NCBI GenBank assembly: GCA_030390025.1
Contig: JASTWF010000180.1
Span: 124,001 to 188,000, forward strand
Direction of reading: 5' to 3'
DNA length: 64,000 nt
Source: Squalus acanthias
Taxonomy: Eukaryota
The position numbers were made by a program, and so were the translations under genes. This document shows positions 1 to 13,125 of this stretch, piece after piece. The notes under the pieces were generated by a model. That model was not told where the DNA came from and did no database searches. It saw only the letters and a list, made by a program, of their open reading frames with translations. Every line of letters begins with the position of its first letter. Positions within the stretch are counted from its first letter, which is position 1.

Positions 1-122
1 AGAGTTACTTCCCTTTCTAAGCTTACCACAGGGTTAAATAGTTCAGCCTCATCCGGTACTGGTGGCAGTTTTTGCCACAGTAGTGAAGAGCTCGATGCTC
101 ATATTGTGACCACCGGAGAGCG

Positions 123-565
123 ATGTGTTTCCCTGGTTATTTCAGTGTGGTGTTGGCGCTCTCTCTGCTGTGTAAGTACATGAGGAATCTGATTAAAAAA
201 ACACCAATAGGTCCGGTTAGAGGGGAGGATATTTGGAAATGTTAAATTTCTCTTCCAGCCAACAGCGTTTGCGGCGAATCCGTGCATCAAGACTATGCGA
301 CCAGGACTGTGCGGGAAGGATAAACGGTGACGCTGAATTGTAGCTTTACAACAACATATACAAACCCTGGTCTTTTCTGGTACCGGCACATTCCAGGTCG
401 AGCCCCAGTAAACGTGTTGTTTATCACCAAAAACAACACGTTGCCAGGCGACTTCGCCAAGGACCGTTTCACAGCAGATCTGAGCGCAGAAGAGGGCGCG
501 GTCCGGCTGACAGTTTCTGGCGAGAAGCTGTTAGACGGCGCCGTGTATTATTGCGCTCTGAGAGC
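123..565 (+). pseudogene. TCR alpha/delta-type V segment, family A copy 1 (stop codon in FR1)
   Basis: Leader exon 123-171 (MCFPGYFSVVLALSLL, GTAAGT donor). V exon 259-565 with C..WYRH..YYCALR. In-frame TAA at 321-323 (GAA in paralogs). RSS CACAACT(566)-23-AGAAATACT(596-604). Confidence 0.9.
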
Positions 566-1554
566 CACAACTGCACAGCTCTGTGCCCGTCCTGTAGAAA
601 TACTGCAGCACACCGCGTGTAAATAAAACAGTGTGTGGCTGGAATACCCGCCTGTGATGGTCTCATTCGGACAGTTACTGTCAGGACAGAATATTCCCAC
701 AGGACAACTCCCAACAGCTCTGAAGAGAGGAGTATGATTGTAGATTTCATTCACTCTATAATGAGGGATGAACAGGAGGTAACCCGCGCAGGTTTAATAG
801 GCCAATGTACCGTGTAATGTGTGTAAATTTCAAGTTTCCCTCTCACTGCCGCTGTGCTTTTATTTCATTTTCACACCCCTTAAACCAGCACAGAAGTGTG
901 CAGCTTTGCTTCGGTTTGGGATTATATTCAAAGGGCTCTAAACCTTCCCTTTTCTGAGTGTTGGTTTAATTTCTGTCGGTGTGTGACGGCTCACCGAGAA
1001 TAATATTTTCATTCTCCTTTAACATTCGTATTTACACAGAGGTGTCCACTCAGTGGTAGAATTCCTCTGGTCGCTACTTCTAGTAACATAGTGAACGCGT
1101 TCTAAAAGAATGAATGACGATTCTCCTAAACTAGCGATCAGACGAGATTTCCCGCTGTGTTTCGGGTGTCGCTAACGCAGGGAGACCAGATGAAATCATC
1201 CACTTGTTTGTCCCCAGCAGAAGGTAAATCAAACCCGACCTCCTGTCAACCACCTCAGTCTGATTACTGACAGTGAGAGAAACAAACTAAATATTTACAT
1301 CTACATTCAGATAGTTCTTACCACTTTGATGCTCCTTTCCTCTGAGATGAAGCTGTCTCTCAGTTCAATTAGTGATCAAGCTGTTTCTTGTGTCAATTGG
1401 AGAGCAAACAGTCTCGGGTCCGTTAGAGATCAAGATGTCTCCCAGATCAATTATAAATTTAGCTGTCTCTTTTTATTGGTATTTCTCGCTCCGATCAGCA
1501 GAATGTGACGTTCGTAGATGACTCAGTACTCTGCGATAAACACATACTTGTGGT

Positions 1555-1740
1555 TCAGGGAAATGACGTCTGGCCAGACCGAGCCGGCGCTCTCAGTTTT
1601 TCTGATTGAAGTTGTGCAGGGAGTGACGTCAGACCAACCCCATCCCGTGCTCTCAGTTTTTCTGATGGATGTTCTGCAGGAAATGAGGTCAGACCAGCCC
1701 CAGCCGGCGCTCTCGGCTTTATCTGTTTGACGTTCTGCAG
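1555..1740 (+). promoter_or_regulatory. Family-B V promoter: three ~60-bp tandem units, each with a CRE/TCR-V decamer-like motif
   Basis: AATGACGTCT (1562), AGTGACGTCA (1622) and AATGAGGTCA (1682), spaced 60 bp apart just upstream of the leader ATG at 1785. The same array precedes the other B genes. Confidence 0.7.
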
Positions 1741-1784
1741 ATTTCTGCTGCACAAAACCTCCCTCGAATTACGGAGTAGCAGCC

Positions 1785-2850
1785 ATGCAGCTCTCCTTTC
1801 TCGCTGTGGTCTGGCTGACATTGATTTTCGGAAAGAAGTTTATAACTTCTAAAAGGGTTTTATTTCTCCAAGACTACAGTTGAAAACCAGAGAAGTTGTG
1901 TTCGCCTTTGGTGAGACAATACTTGTACCGTGATCTTATCTGGTCTCCATGTTATAAAAAATATATAGCGGCACTGGCGAATGTTGAACAAAATTACACG
2001 GATGATAAAAGAACTGAGAAATCATAACTATCAGCAAAGACTAAGCAAGCTGGGGCTCTTTTCTTTAGAAAAGAGAAGGCTGAGAGCTAACCTGATAGAG
2101 ATCTTTAAAATTATAAAGGGATTGATAGGATAGACGTAGAGAATATGTTTTCACTTGTGGGGAATTCCAAAACCAGCTGCCAGAAATGTAACAAAATCAT
2201 AAAAAAAATCCAACAGCGAATTCTGGAGAAACTTCTTTACCCAGAGAGTGTTGAGAATGTGGAACTCGTTAAAACAGGGAGTGGTTGAGACGAATAGCAT
2301 AGATAAAGTTAAGGGGAGGCTGGATAAGTACATGAGGCAGAATTAGCAGAATGATATGCTGATATGGTAAGATGAAGGGTGGGTGGGAGTATACACACGG
2401 ACATAGATCAGTTTGCCGAATGACCTATTTCTGTGATGTAAATTATTTTTAATTTTATGTAAAACTCACTGCGCATTTTCACCGTTAGTTGGTTCAGTTT
2501 GACCCTTTAACCGATGAATTCCGCTTTCTTTAACCGTGTGTTCTAGATTTGAGCGATGGAGATTCTGTTACTCAGCGGGAGCCCTCGCTCACACAGACAG
2601 AGGGAGAAGATGCCACTTTAACCTGCACCTATTCCGCCGCTGGTTATTATTTATACTGGTACCGCCAATACCCAGGCAGACAGCCCGAGTTTGCAGTCCG
2701 GAGGTACACGGACGGCGGTTATGAATATCAGGCGGATTTCGCTCGAGGCCGGTTTTCTGATGCAGTCCAGCAGTCAGAGAAGTTGTACAGATTGACCATC
2801 TCGGGGCTGCGGCTGACTGACACCGCGGTGTATTACTGTGCACTGAGTCT
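1785..2850 (+). CDS. TCR alpha/delta-type V segment, family B copy 1 (open V exon, leader donor mutated GT>GA; probably non-functional)
   Basis: Leader 1785-1830 (MQLSFLAVVWLTLIF) is followed by GAAAGA where paralogs have GTAAGA. V exon 2547-2850 is open (C23, W41, YYC). RSS CACAGTG(2851)-23-ACAATAACT(2881-2889). Confidence 0.85.
1850..2440 (+). mobile_element. Degenerate CR1 LINE 3' fragment inside the family-B leader intron
   Basis: Decayed 'LGLFSLEKRRLR.DLIE.FKI' and 'FFTQRVV..WN' CR1 ORF2 C-terminal motifs. Equivalent fragments at about 6490-7090, 14800-15370, 28250-28830, 54830-55420 and 62150-62760. Confidence 0.8.
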
Positions 2851-3174
2851 CACAGTGATGGGAATGAGTTGAAGCCTCGTACAATAACTGCCGCTGGTTT
2901 CTGGGTCACAGCTGCTGTCTTTTGTGGGCTGTTTATCACAGCGGGTCAGACACTGTCTCTTGAATACATTACTGTGCGCGCAGACCCCGATCAGAAACCA
3001 TATAAAACCGTTTACATCGAATACTGATACCTCCTGATCATTCGATTACTGTGTGAGGGCAGAAATGGCTGCTGTTTATTTGTGTATCTCTGGGAACTCG
3101 CCAGTCACATTGAGAATAAAAACACCTGCGGGTGACTGGAGCTGGTTATATCGATGCAACGCTGCTTCGGGTAT

Positions 3175-5670
3175 AACATAAGAAATAAGAGCCAGGATTA
3201 GGCCATTTGGCCCATCGAGCCTGGTCCGCCATTCAATAAGATCATCTCCACTTTCCTGCACTATCCCCATAACCCTTGATTTACTTAATAATCAAAAATC
3301 TATCGATCTCAGTCTTGAATATACTCAACGACTAAGCCTCCACAGCCCTCTGGGGTAGAGAATTCCAAAGATTCACCACCCACTGAGTGAAGAAATTTCT
3401 CCTCATCTCAGTCCCAAATGGCCGACCACTGATTCTGAGACTGTGACCCTTGGTTCTAGAGACATAGAAACATAGAAGATAGGAGCAGCAGTAGGCAATT
3501 CGGCACCTATAGCCTGCTCCGCCATTCAATGCGATCAAGGCTGATGATCCAAATTCAGAACCCTGTCCCTGCTTTCTCCCCAGATCCCTTGATCCCTTTT
3601 GCCTGAAGTAATATATCCAATTCCTTCTTGAATATATTTAATGAATTGGCCTCTACTGCCTTCTGTGGTAGAGAATTCCACAGGTTCACCACTCTCTGGG
3701 TGAAGAAATTCCCCCTCATTTCTGTCCTAAATGGCTTACCCCTTATCCTTAGACTGTGACCCCTGGTTCTGGAATCCCCGTCCATCGGGAACATCCTTCC
3801 TGCATCTAGTCTGTCCTGTCCTGTCAGAATTTTATAAGTTAAAATGAGATCCCCACTCACTCTTCTAAACTCCAGCGAGTATAAGCCCAATCGACCCAAT
3901 CTCTCCTCATACGTCATTCCTGCCATCCCAGGTATCAGCCTGGTGAATCTTCGCTGAACTCCTTCCATGGCAAGAACCTCCTTCCTCAGATAAGGCGATC
4001 AAAACTGCACACAATACTCTAGATGTGGTCTCACCACGGCCCTGTACATCTGCAGCAAGACAACCTTGTTGTTGTACTCAACCCCTCTCGCTACGAAAGG
4101 CAACATACCATTTGCCTTCTTAACCGCCTGCTGCACATGCATGCTTACCTTCAGCGACTGGTGCACAAGGTCACCCAGGTCCCGTTACACTTCCCCTTCT
4201 CCCAATCTATTGCCATTCAGGTAATAATCTGCCTTCCTGTTTTTGACACCAAAGCGGATAACCTCGCATTTATGCACGTTATATTACATCTGCCATGCTT
4301 CTGCCCAATCACCCAACCTGTCCAATTCATCCTGGAGTTTCTCAGCATCCTCCTCACAGTACACACGCCCACCCAGCTCTGTGTCGTCTGCAAACTTGGA
4401 GATATTACATCTAGTTCCCTTCTCTAGATCATTAATATATGTTGTGAATAGCTGGGGTCCAAGGAACGATCCCTGCGGTACCCCACTAGTCACTGCCTGA
4501 CACTCGGAAAAATACCCGTTTATTCCAACTCTTTGCATTCTGTCTGCCAACCAGTTCTCTATCCAAGTCAATACCTTGCCCCCAATACCATGTGCCTTAA
4601 CTTTACACGCTAATCTCTCATGTGGGACCGTATCGAAAGCATTTTTATAGTCCAAATACACCAAAACAACTGGTTCTCCCTTATCTATTTTAGCAGTTAC
4701 ATCCTCAAAAAATTCCAGCAGATTAGTCAAGCACGATTTACCTTTTGTAAATCCATGTTGATTTTGTCCGATCCTGTCACTGTTTTCCACATGCTCTGCT
4801 ATTACATCTTTCATAATGGACTCTAGCATTTTCCCCACAAACGATGTCAGGCTTACCGGTCTTTAATTCCCCGTTTTCTCTCGACCAACTTTTTTGAATA
4901 GTGGGGTAACATTAGCTACCCTCCAATCCATGGGTACTGTTCCAGATTCCATCGAATGTTGGAAGATGATCAGCAATGCATCTACTATTTCTAGGGCCAC
5001 TTCTTTAAGTACGCTAGGATGTAGATTATCAGGCCCTGGGGATCTATCGGCCTTCAATCCCGCCAAATTCCCTAACACCATTTCCTTACAAATACTGTTT
5101 TCTTTCAGTTCCTCCCTTTCATCAGACCCTATGTTCCCCGACATCTCTGGGGAACATAGGGTCTGATGAAAGGGAGGAACTCCCCAGCCAGGGGAACCAT
5201 CCTCGCTGCATCTACCCACTCAAGCGCTGTAAGAATTTTGTATGTTTCAATGAGATCGCCTCTCATTCTTCTAAACTCTAGAGCATATAGGCCAAGTCTA
5301 CTCAATCTCTCCTCATAGGACAATACCCCCATCCTAGGAACCAGTCTGGTGAACCTTCGTTGCACTGCCTCTATGGCAAGTCTATCTTTCCTTAGGTAAG
5401 GATAGCAGAACTGTACACAGTATTCCAGATGTGGTCTCACCAGGGCCCTATATAATTGCAGTAAGACGGCTGTACTCTTATACACATATCATCTTGTAAA
5501 AATGACAACATAACACTTGCTTTCCTAATTGCTTGCTGTACCTGCATGTTAACTTTCAGTGATTCATGTACAAGGACACCCAGATCCCTCTGAACACCAA
5601 CATTTCCCAATCTGTCAACATTTCAAAAATACGCTGCTTTTCTATTTCTCCACATTATATTCCATTTGCC
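3175..5670 (-). mobile_element. CR1 LINE (5'-truncated) containing a nested second CR1 at about 3461-5179
   Basis: RT fragments on the minus strand (GVPQGS.LGP, FADDT, RPHLEYCVQF, FFTQRVVNLWN). A second 3' tail (CATAGAAACATAGAAG) lies at 3463. The paralog at 35161 shows the empty site GGTTCTAGACTCCCC. Confidence 0.9.
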
Positions 5671-6024
5671 GTGTAATGTGTGTTCAATTTCAAGTTTCCC
5701 TCTTCACTGCCGCTGTGCTTTTTTTCATCATTACACCCCTTAAACCAGCACAGAAGTGTACAGCTTTGCTTAGGTTTGGGATTATCTTGAAAAGGCTCCA
5801 AATCTTCCCTTTTCAGAGTGTTGGTTTAATTTCTGTCGGTGTGTGACTGCTCACCGAGAACAATAATTTAATTCTCCTGTAACATCCGTGTTTGCACCGA
5901 GGTGTCCACTCTGTGGTAGAATTCCACTGGTCGCAACTTCTGGTGTCATAATGAACGCGTTCTAAAAGAATGAAGGACGATTCTACTAAACTAGCGATCA
6001 GACGAGATTTCCCGCTGTGTTTGG

Positions 6025-6106
6025 CTGTCTCTCAGGTCAATTAGAGATCAAGCTGTCTCTCAGGTCAGTTAGAGATCAAGATCTCTCTGAGGTCAATTAG
6101 AGATCA
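6025..6106. repeat. 28-bp tandem repeat CTGTCTCTCAGGTCAATTAGAGATCAAG (3 copies)
   Basis: Direct reading. Longer arrays at 13726-13891, 54371-54512 and about 61675-61770. Confidence 0.85.
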
Positions 6107-6420
6107 CTCTGTGTCTTTTTCTAAGTCTTTCTCGCTCTGATCAGCAGAATGAGACGTTAATGTCTCAGTTCTCTGATTTAAACTAGTGGTTAAGGACTTG
6201 ACATCAGACCAGCCCCAACCGGTGCTCTCAGCTCTTTCTGATTGATGTTTAGCAGGAAGTGACGGCTGACCAGCCCCAGGCGACCCTCTCAGCTCTTTCT
6301 CATCGATGTTCCGCAGGAAATGACGGCAGACCAGTCCGAGGCGACGCTCCCAGTTCATTATATTTGATGTTCTTAGGTACCTGAGACACAAAAAGTCCCT
6401 CCAATTCCGGAGCAGCAGTA

Positions 6421-7497
6421 ATGCGGCTCAACATTTTCGCGGTGCTCTGGGTGACATTGCTTCTCGGTAAGAACTTTATAACTTCAAAAAGGAATTCATT
6501 TCTCGAGGAATACAATTGAAAAACAGAGCGGTTACGGTAAACTTGTATCGAACCTTGGTTAGAAAAGACTTGGAGAAATGTGCTCGGTTCTGGTCTTCAT
6601 ATTACACAAAGACATGGAGGCACTAGAGAAAATGCAACAAAAATTCACAAGAACGATACCAGAACTGAGCGATTATAACTTTCGGAAAGATTCAACCGGC
6701 TTGGGCTCTTTACTCCAGCTTAGTCGCGACCCGATGGACGTCTTTAAAATTACGAAGGTGATTGATCGGGTAGACGTAGAGATTATCTTTCACTTGCGGT
6801 GGAGTCCAAAACTCGGCAGCAGAAATATTAGATAATCACAAAAAAATCAACTAAGAAATTCAGGAGAAAATTCATTACCAAGGTTAGAATGTGGAACTCG
6901 CTGACACAAGGAGGCGTTGAGACGAACAGCATAGATGCGTTTTAGGGAAAGTTAGATAAACGCATGAGGGAGAAAGGATTAGAAGGATATGCTGCTAGGG
7001 AGAGATGAAGATGGTTGGGTGGAGGCTCGTGTGGAGCATAAACACGGCATAGACCAGTTGGCCGAATGACCTACTTCTGTGCAGTAAATTCTATTGAATT
7101 TTATGGAAAACTCGCTGCGCGTTTTCACCGACAGTTCGGTTCAATTTGAAACTTTAATCGATGATTTCCGCTTTCTTTAACTGTGTGTTCCAGATTTGAG
7201 CGATGGAGATTCTGTTACTCAGCGGGAGCCCTCGCTCACACAGACAGAGGGAGAAGATGCCATTTTAACCTGCACCTATCCCGGCGATGGTTATTACTTA
7301 TTCTGGTACCGCCAATATCCAGGCAGACAGCCTGAGTTTGCAGTCTGGAGATACACGGACGGCAGTACTGGCCTTAAGGCGGATTTCGCTCAAGGCCGGT
7401 TTTCCGATGCAGTCCAGCAGTCAGACAAGTTGTACCGATTGAACATCTCGGAGCTGCGGCTGACTGACACCGCGGTGTATTACTGTGCACTGAGCCT
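6421..7497 (+). CDS. TCR alpha/delta-type V segment, family B copy 2 (apparently functional)
   Basis: Leader 6421-6466 (MRLNIFAVLWVTLLL, GTAAGA donor). V exon 7194-7497 is open, ending DTAVYYCALS. RSS CACAGTG(7498)-23-ACAATAACT(7528-7536). Confidence 0.92.
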
Positions 7498-7854
7498 CAC
7501 AGTGATGGAAACGAGCTAAAGCCTCGTACAATAACTGCAGCAGGTTTCTGGATCGCAGCTGCTGTTAGTTGTGGGCTGTTTATCACAGCGGGTCAGACAC
7601 TGACATGTGACTACATTCCTGTGCGCGCAGACCCCGAGCAGAATCCACATAAATGTCATATAAAACCGTTCACATCGAATACTGATTCCGTCTGATTATT
7701 GTATTAGTTGTGCGAGGTCAGCATTGGCTGCTGTTTATTTGTGTATCTCTGAGAACTCGCCAGTCCCATTGAGAATAAACACACCTGCGGGTTACTGGAA
7801 CTGGTTATATCGATGCACCGCTGCTTCGGATATAACGCACGGCAAACGGACATA

Positions 7855-8601
7855 TAGGCCCAGAAATTGATCTCGCTCTGTTCCCGCGGGGTTAAGCCTT
7901 TCCCGCGATGTCTCACCTCGCTTATGCTTTTTCTGATCCAGCTCGCACGAAATTGATGTTCCAGACATCAGCTGTGCTGGGCTTGCGTATCCCAGCGGCG
8001 TAGTTAATTCGTGCGAGCTGTGGGATCACGTGACTCAGTTAGAGCCAATGGCAGCACACCATCTTCCATTCATAAGTCTCACAGCATGGCTGAGAGACTT
8101 ATGAATCTTACACCCCCCCAAAATAACAGCTAAACCTCAATTAAATTAAAAAAAAACCCCATCACATTAATAAAATAAGAATAGTTAATTAAATTAACCA
8201 TTTTAAATAAAAAATTAAATTTTTGAAAAAATTTAAAATCTTTTAAAAAGTTATAAAAATAAACTTACCTGTCTTTAAAGTCTATAAAAAAGATATACCT
8301 GTAAAAAAAAATTCAAAAAAATACTTAATTCACTACTTACCTTCTTAAAAGCGGGTCTTACTCCTCCTTTTTACATTTCCAAAATCTTCAGCACTTACCT
8401 GCGCGTCCAAAGCATGAAGTGCACAGCGTGCGCGCAGCCTGTAGCGCGCACGCGATGCACTCCGGCCCCGCCCCCTTTTCGGAAGAGCAATTGCCGGTTT
8501 TCAGCGCATGCGCAGGGCATGCAGAAAACCGGCAATTGGAGTGGGAATACGCGAGAGTATGCAGTGCGCACTCTCGCGTCCCGGGATCAATTTTCGGCCC
8601 A
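7855..8601. mobile_element. Non-autonomous DNA transposon (MITE), TA target site, Tc1/mariner-like
   Basis: Imperfect TIRs TAGGCCCAGAAATTGATC ... GATCAATTTTCGGCCCA flanked by TA. Absent from the paralogous sites at about 56180 and 63530. Confidence 0.8.
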
Positions 8602-8779
8602 TAATGATTGGTTTAAAATATCAGTCTGCAGTGTAGAAAGAGATAGGTCGGGTGGGGAAGTTCACAATAATTCTAATAACGTTAATAAGCAATTCTCAAT
8701 ATTAAAGACACTTACACATATTAACGTTAATTATCTTCTATATTCGCAGGTTCCAGGAAGTCCCACTCAAGACAAAATT

Positions 8780-10015
8780 AGAACGTATGAAATAGGAGCA
8801 GGAATCTGTCATTTGGCTCTTCGAAACTGCTCCGCCATTCAACAAGATCATGGATGATCTTGGACCTCAATTCCATCTTCCCGCACTATCCCCATATCCC
8901 TTAATTCCCTTCATTCCCTAAAATTTATCGACCTCTGTCTTAAATATGTTCAACGATCGAGCATCCACAGCTCTCTGGGGTACAACATTCCAAATATTCA
9001 CAACCCTTTGAGTGAAGAACTTTCTCCTCATCTCAGTCCTAAATGTCCTACCGCTTATTCTGTGACTGTGAGCCCGTGTTCTAGATTCCCCAGCCAGGGA
9101 ATACATTTGGCCCGCATTAAACCCTGACAAGCCGTTTAAGAATGTTATACGTTTAAATTAGATCACCTCACATTCTTCTAAACTCTAAGGAATATAGACC
9201 AGTCTACTCAATCTCTATTCATAGACCAATCCCCACATCCCACGAACCAGTCTAGTGAAACTTCGCTGCACTCCCTCTAAGGCAAGTATGTCTTTCCTTA
9301 GGTAATGAGACCAAAACTGTACTCAGAACTCCAGGTGTGGCCTCACGAATGCACTGTTTAATTGTGCTGAGACTTCTTTACACATATACTCTAATCCCGT
9401 TGTAACAAAAGTTAACATACCATTTGCTGTCCTAAATGCTTGTTGTACCTCAGTGTTAACTTTCTGTGATTCATGTACAAGGACGCCCAGGTCCCTCTGA
9501 CATTTCCCAGCCTCTCACTATTCAAACTATATTATGCTTTTTTTCCTTTTCCTACAAAAGTGGATAACTTTTCCCCACGTTATATTCCATTTGCAATATT
9601 CTTGCTCATTCAGTCAACTGGTCTATATCCCGAAAATAAACCTTTTATCCATACTTTCTGTTTTATGTCAATTAACTATTCCTCAATCCACGCTGATACA
9701 TTACCCCCAATACCATGAGTCCTAATTTTGTGTAAGACCCTCATGTGAGGCATCTTATCGAATGCTTTTTGAAAATCCAAATACAGTACATCCACTGGTA
9801 CCCTCTTATCCACCCTACCAGTTACATCTTCAAAAAAACACTAACGGATTTGTCAAACACGACTTCCCTTTCATAAAACCATGTTGACTTTGCCTAATCA
9901 TATTATGACTTTATAAGTGCCCTAATAATAGTTTCTAGCATTTTTCCCGCTACTGATGTCAGGCTAACTGGCCTACAATTCTCCGTTTTTTCTCTTCCTC
10001 CTTTCTTAAATAGCC
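8780..10015 (-). mobile_element. Degenerate CR1 LINE fragment
   Basis: Minus-strand RT remnants (FFTQRVVNIWN; NCRPVSLTSVAGKMLE). Confidence 0.88.
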
Positions 10016-10104
10016 GATCAACAAACATTAATCGACTAATAATCTGTAGGACAGATGTGGTGTGTTCCATGCACCAGACCAGATAGTCAGAAGACTGTGA
10101 CTGT

Positions 10105-10401
10105 GACTGCTGACTGTGCCAATACACATAATGTGCAGCACCGCTTGTTTTCAAGATGTAGGTCAGTGTGACATTACTTTCCTCCTCAAGCGTCATTTCA
10201 GGATCCGGATGTTCCACTGTGTCTTGGTGGCTCCATTTTGACATAAAATAATAGTCATAGTGATTATCATCACTATCATCACTGGACTAATAATAACATC
10301 TGGGTTATAGCAATCAGGGGGAGAATGCATTTTAAGTGGAAAGGAAATACTTACTGAGAAGTGATATAATGATGAGGCAGCGGTGCGAGAAGGTTCCGCA
10401 T
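10105..10401 (-). pseudogene. Family-E V relic (leader plus 5' half of V)
   Basis: Leader 10355-10401 is frameshifted. Acceptor AG>AA. Translation WSHQDTVEHPDPEMTLEEESNVTLTYI (first Cys lost), truncated after WHSQQ. No RSS. Confidence 0.8.
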
Positions 10402-11367
10402 TACGGTCCCTGAGTCTGTAACTCTGCAGTCCGGCAAATCCTCTGTCAAAGCAGAAATACAGATCCCTGCCCCAATGCACTGCTGATCCAACCAATGCCA
10501 AACAGGGATCATCTGCAACAATCTTTCCAATAACACAGGACAGGCAAGGCGGGTCAGAGCGAGAGCAGGAAACGGAAGCTGTGGGCGGGGCAGCAGCCGA
10601 CTCAAAATTGAGCGAATTCTGAGCTCTGTTTAACGCCAGAAAGTGCGCGGCGCCGCTCAGCTGCACTCGGAGCTGATGGAGTGGAAAGGGTAATGGTTGG
10701 GTCTCGAGAAGTCTGTGATCAAACTGCTCCTGTTCACTGAACAAGTGACTGGGAATAAATAGAGGTGGAGAGAAATGAAGTGTTTGCACCGCTTCAGAAA
10801 TAATGACCGGGTTTAATCAGCTCCAATCTAGAGTTTGAGACACAATATCTGGCACACGTTGTTTTTATATATGATCAATAAACCCCAAATCACCTCAATG
10901 ATCTTATTCTAAATCGGATTGAAGAAAATCCGACAGCAGAGAGCGCCAAACTCAAGCATGGTAATTAAAAAGCCACGTGATGCAAACACCAAAGCCAATA
11001 ACGATCGAAGCCTGAGTGAGGTCACAATGGGGCCGCTCCGTGCAGTGTGTGGGTGGAACATTGAGCTGAACAACCCGGTTTACCGCTCTCCTTCTCAATC
11101 TTTGGCTTATTCCGTTCCAAGTCACTGTGAGAGATTTAATCAGACATCTTTTTCATAATACTGGCGGCTGTGATGGACAGTCAGCAGTGGATTATATTTC
11201 AAAAACACAGGTCAGCAGATCGATGCAAAGAGTTTGTGCAGGGAATCAGAAATCTCCATATGATGGACAATTTGGAACAGGGGCGGTTACACACACTCAT
11301 ACAGATAGACGCAAGTTTAAAACGATACTGTTCAACCTCCTGTTCTTCTGTTCCCCTTTCTTCTCTG

Positions 11368-11445
11368 GCGGATTATGTGCAGATCCAGTAATGCAGTCTC
11401 CGGTGAAAATTGCCGTGTCAGCAGGGTGTTTAGTGCAGGTAGATT
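11368..11445 (+). pseudogene. Family-F V relic (FR1 only, cut by a LINE)
   Basis: GLCADPVMQSPVKIAVSAGCLVQVD matches F copies at 24973 and 58856, then runs into the LINE poly-T tail. Confidence 0.8.
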
Positions 11446-12920
11446 TTTTTTTATTCGCTTATGGGATCTGGGCGTCGCTTGCAAGGACAGCATTTATTCC
11501 CCATGCCTAGTTGCCCTTGAGAAGGTGGTGGTGAGCCGCCTTCTTGAACCGCTGCAGTCCCTGTGGTGAAGGTACTCCCACAGTGCTGTTAGGGAGGGAG
11601 TTCCTGGATTTTGACCCAGCGACGATGAAGGATCGCCGATATACTTCTAAGGCAGGATGATGTGTGACTTGGAGGGGAACTTGGAGGTGGTAGTGTTCCC
11701 ATGCGCCTGCTGCCCTTGTCATTCGAGGTGGAAGAGGTCGCGGGTTTGGGAGGTGCTGCCGAAGAAGCCATGGCGAGTTGCTGCAGTGCATCTTGTAGAT
11801 GGTACACACTGCAGCCACGGTACTCTGGTGGTGTAGGGAGTGAATGTTTAAGGTGGTGGATGGGGTGCCAATCAAACGGGCTGCTTTGTCCTGGATGGTG
11901 TCGAGCTTCTTGAGTGTTTTGGAGCTGCACTCATCCAGGCAAGTAGAGAGTATTCCATCACACTCCTGACTTGTGCCTTACAGATGGTGGAAAGGCTTTG
12001 GTGCGTCAGTAGGTGAGACACTCGCCGCAGAATACCCAGCCTCTGAAATACTCTTGTTGCCACAGTATTTATGTGGCTGGTCTAGTTATGTTTCTGGTCA
12101 ATGGTGACCCCTAGGATGTTGCTGGTGGGGAATTCGGTGCTGTTAATGCCGTTGAATGTCAATGCCGTTGAATGTCAAGGGCACATCGTTGGACTCTCGC
12201 TTGTTGGAGATAATCATTGCCTGCCACTTGTGTGGCGCGAATGATACCTGCCACTTATCAGCCCAAGCCTGAACGTCATCCAGGTCTTGTTGCATGCGGG
12301 CATGGACTGCTTCATTATCTGAGGAGTTGTGAATGGGGCTGAACATTGTGCAGTTATCAGCAAACATCCCCTTCTGACTTTATGTTGGAGAGAAGGTGAT
12401 TGATGAAGCAGCTGAACATGGTTGGGCCCAGGACACTGCCCTGAGGAACTCCTGCCTCGATGTCCTGGAGCTGTGATGATTGACCTTCAAACACCACAAT
12501 CATCTTCCGTTGTGCTAGGTATGACTCCAGCCAGTGGAGCGTTTTCCCCTTGATTCCCATTGACTTCAATTTTACTAGGGCTCCTTGATGCCACACTCGG
12601 TCAAAGGCTGTCTTGATGTCAAGGGCAGTCACTCTCACATCACCTCTGGAATTCAGCTCCTTTGACAATGTTTGGACCAAGGCTGTAATGAGCTCGGGAG
12701 CCTTGTGATCTTGGCGGAACCCAAACTGGGTATCAGTGAGCAGGTTATTGGTGAGCAAGTTCCGCTGGATAGCATTGTCGATAACACCTTCCATCACTTT
12801 GCTGATGATTGAGAGTAAACTGATGGGGCGGTAATTGGCCGGATTGGATTTGACCTGCTTTTTGAGGACAGGACATACCTGGGCAGTTTTCCACAATGTC
12901 GGATAGATGCCAGTGTTGTA
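11446..12920 (-). mobile_element. CR1/L2-clade LINE, 5'-truncated, distinct from the main CR1 family
   Basis: ORF 12357-12923 has NYRPISLLS, QFGFR, LDIKTAFDRVWH and GVPQGSVLGP; FADNCT downstream. 3' UTR with AATAAATGCTG and an A-tail at about 11446-11500. Confidence 0.9.
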
Positions 12921-13125
12921 CAAACCCTGAGCTTTTCTGGTAATTGCAGATTCCCGGTTGGGCCCCAGTAAACCTGCTGTTTATCAACAAATACAACACG
13001 TTCCCAGCCGACACCGCCAAGGACCGTTTTACAGCGGAGCTGAGCGCAGAAGGGGGCGCGGATCGGCTGAGAGTTTCTGGGGCGGAGCTGTCAGACAGCA
13101 CCGTGTATTACTGCGCGCTGAGAGC
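12921..13125 (+). pseudogene. Family-A V relic (5' part removed, TGG-TAA stop)
   Basis: QIPGWAPVNLLFINKYN...STVYYCALR. RSS CACAGCT-23-TCAAAAACT at about 13126-13164. Confidence 0.88.

Noticed and set aside
2896-2945. Possible D segment or 12-RSS downstream of B genes (GGTTTCTGG, CACAGCT, CACAGCG)
   Set aside because: Nonamer-heptamer spacing is about 15 nt and no proper flanking pair exists, so there is no support for TAILV or NAR-TCR-type V-D clusters.
10193-10789. 198-aa minus-strand ORF and other antisense ORFs over V exons, promoters and LINEs
   Set aside because: Not conserved in frame across paralogous cassettes. These are shadows of GC-rich promoter or coding sequence.
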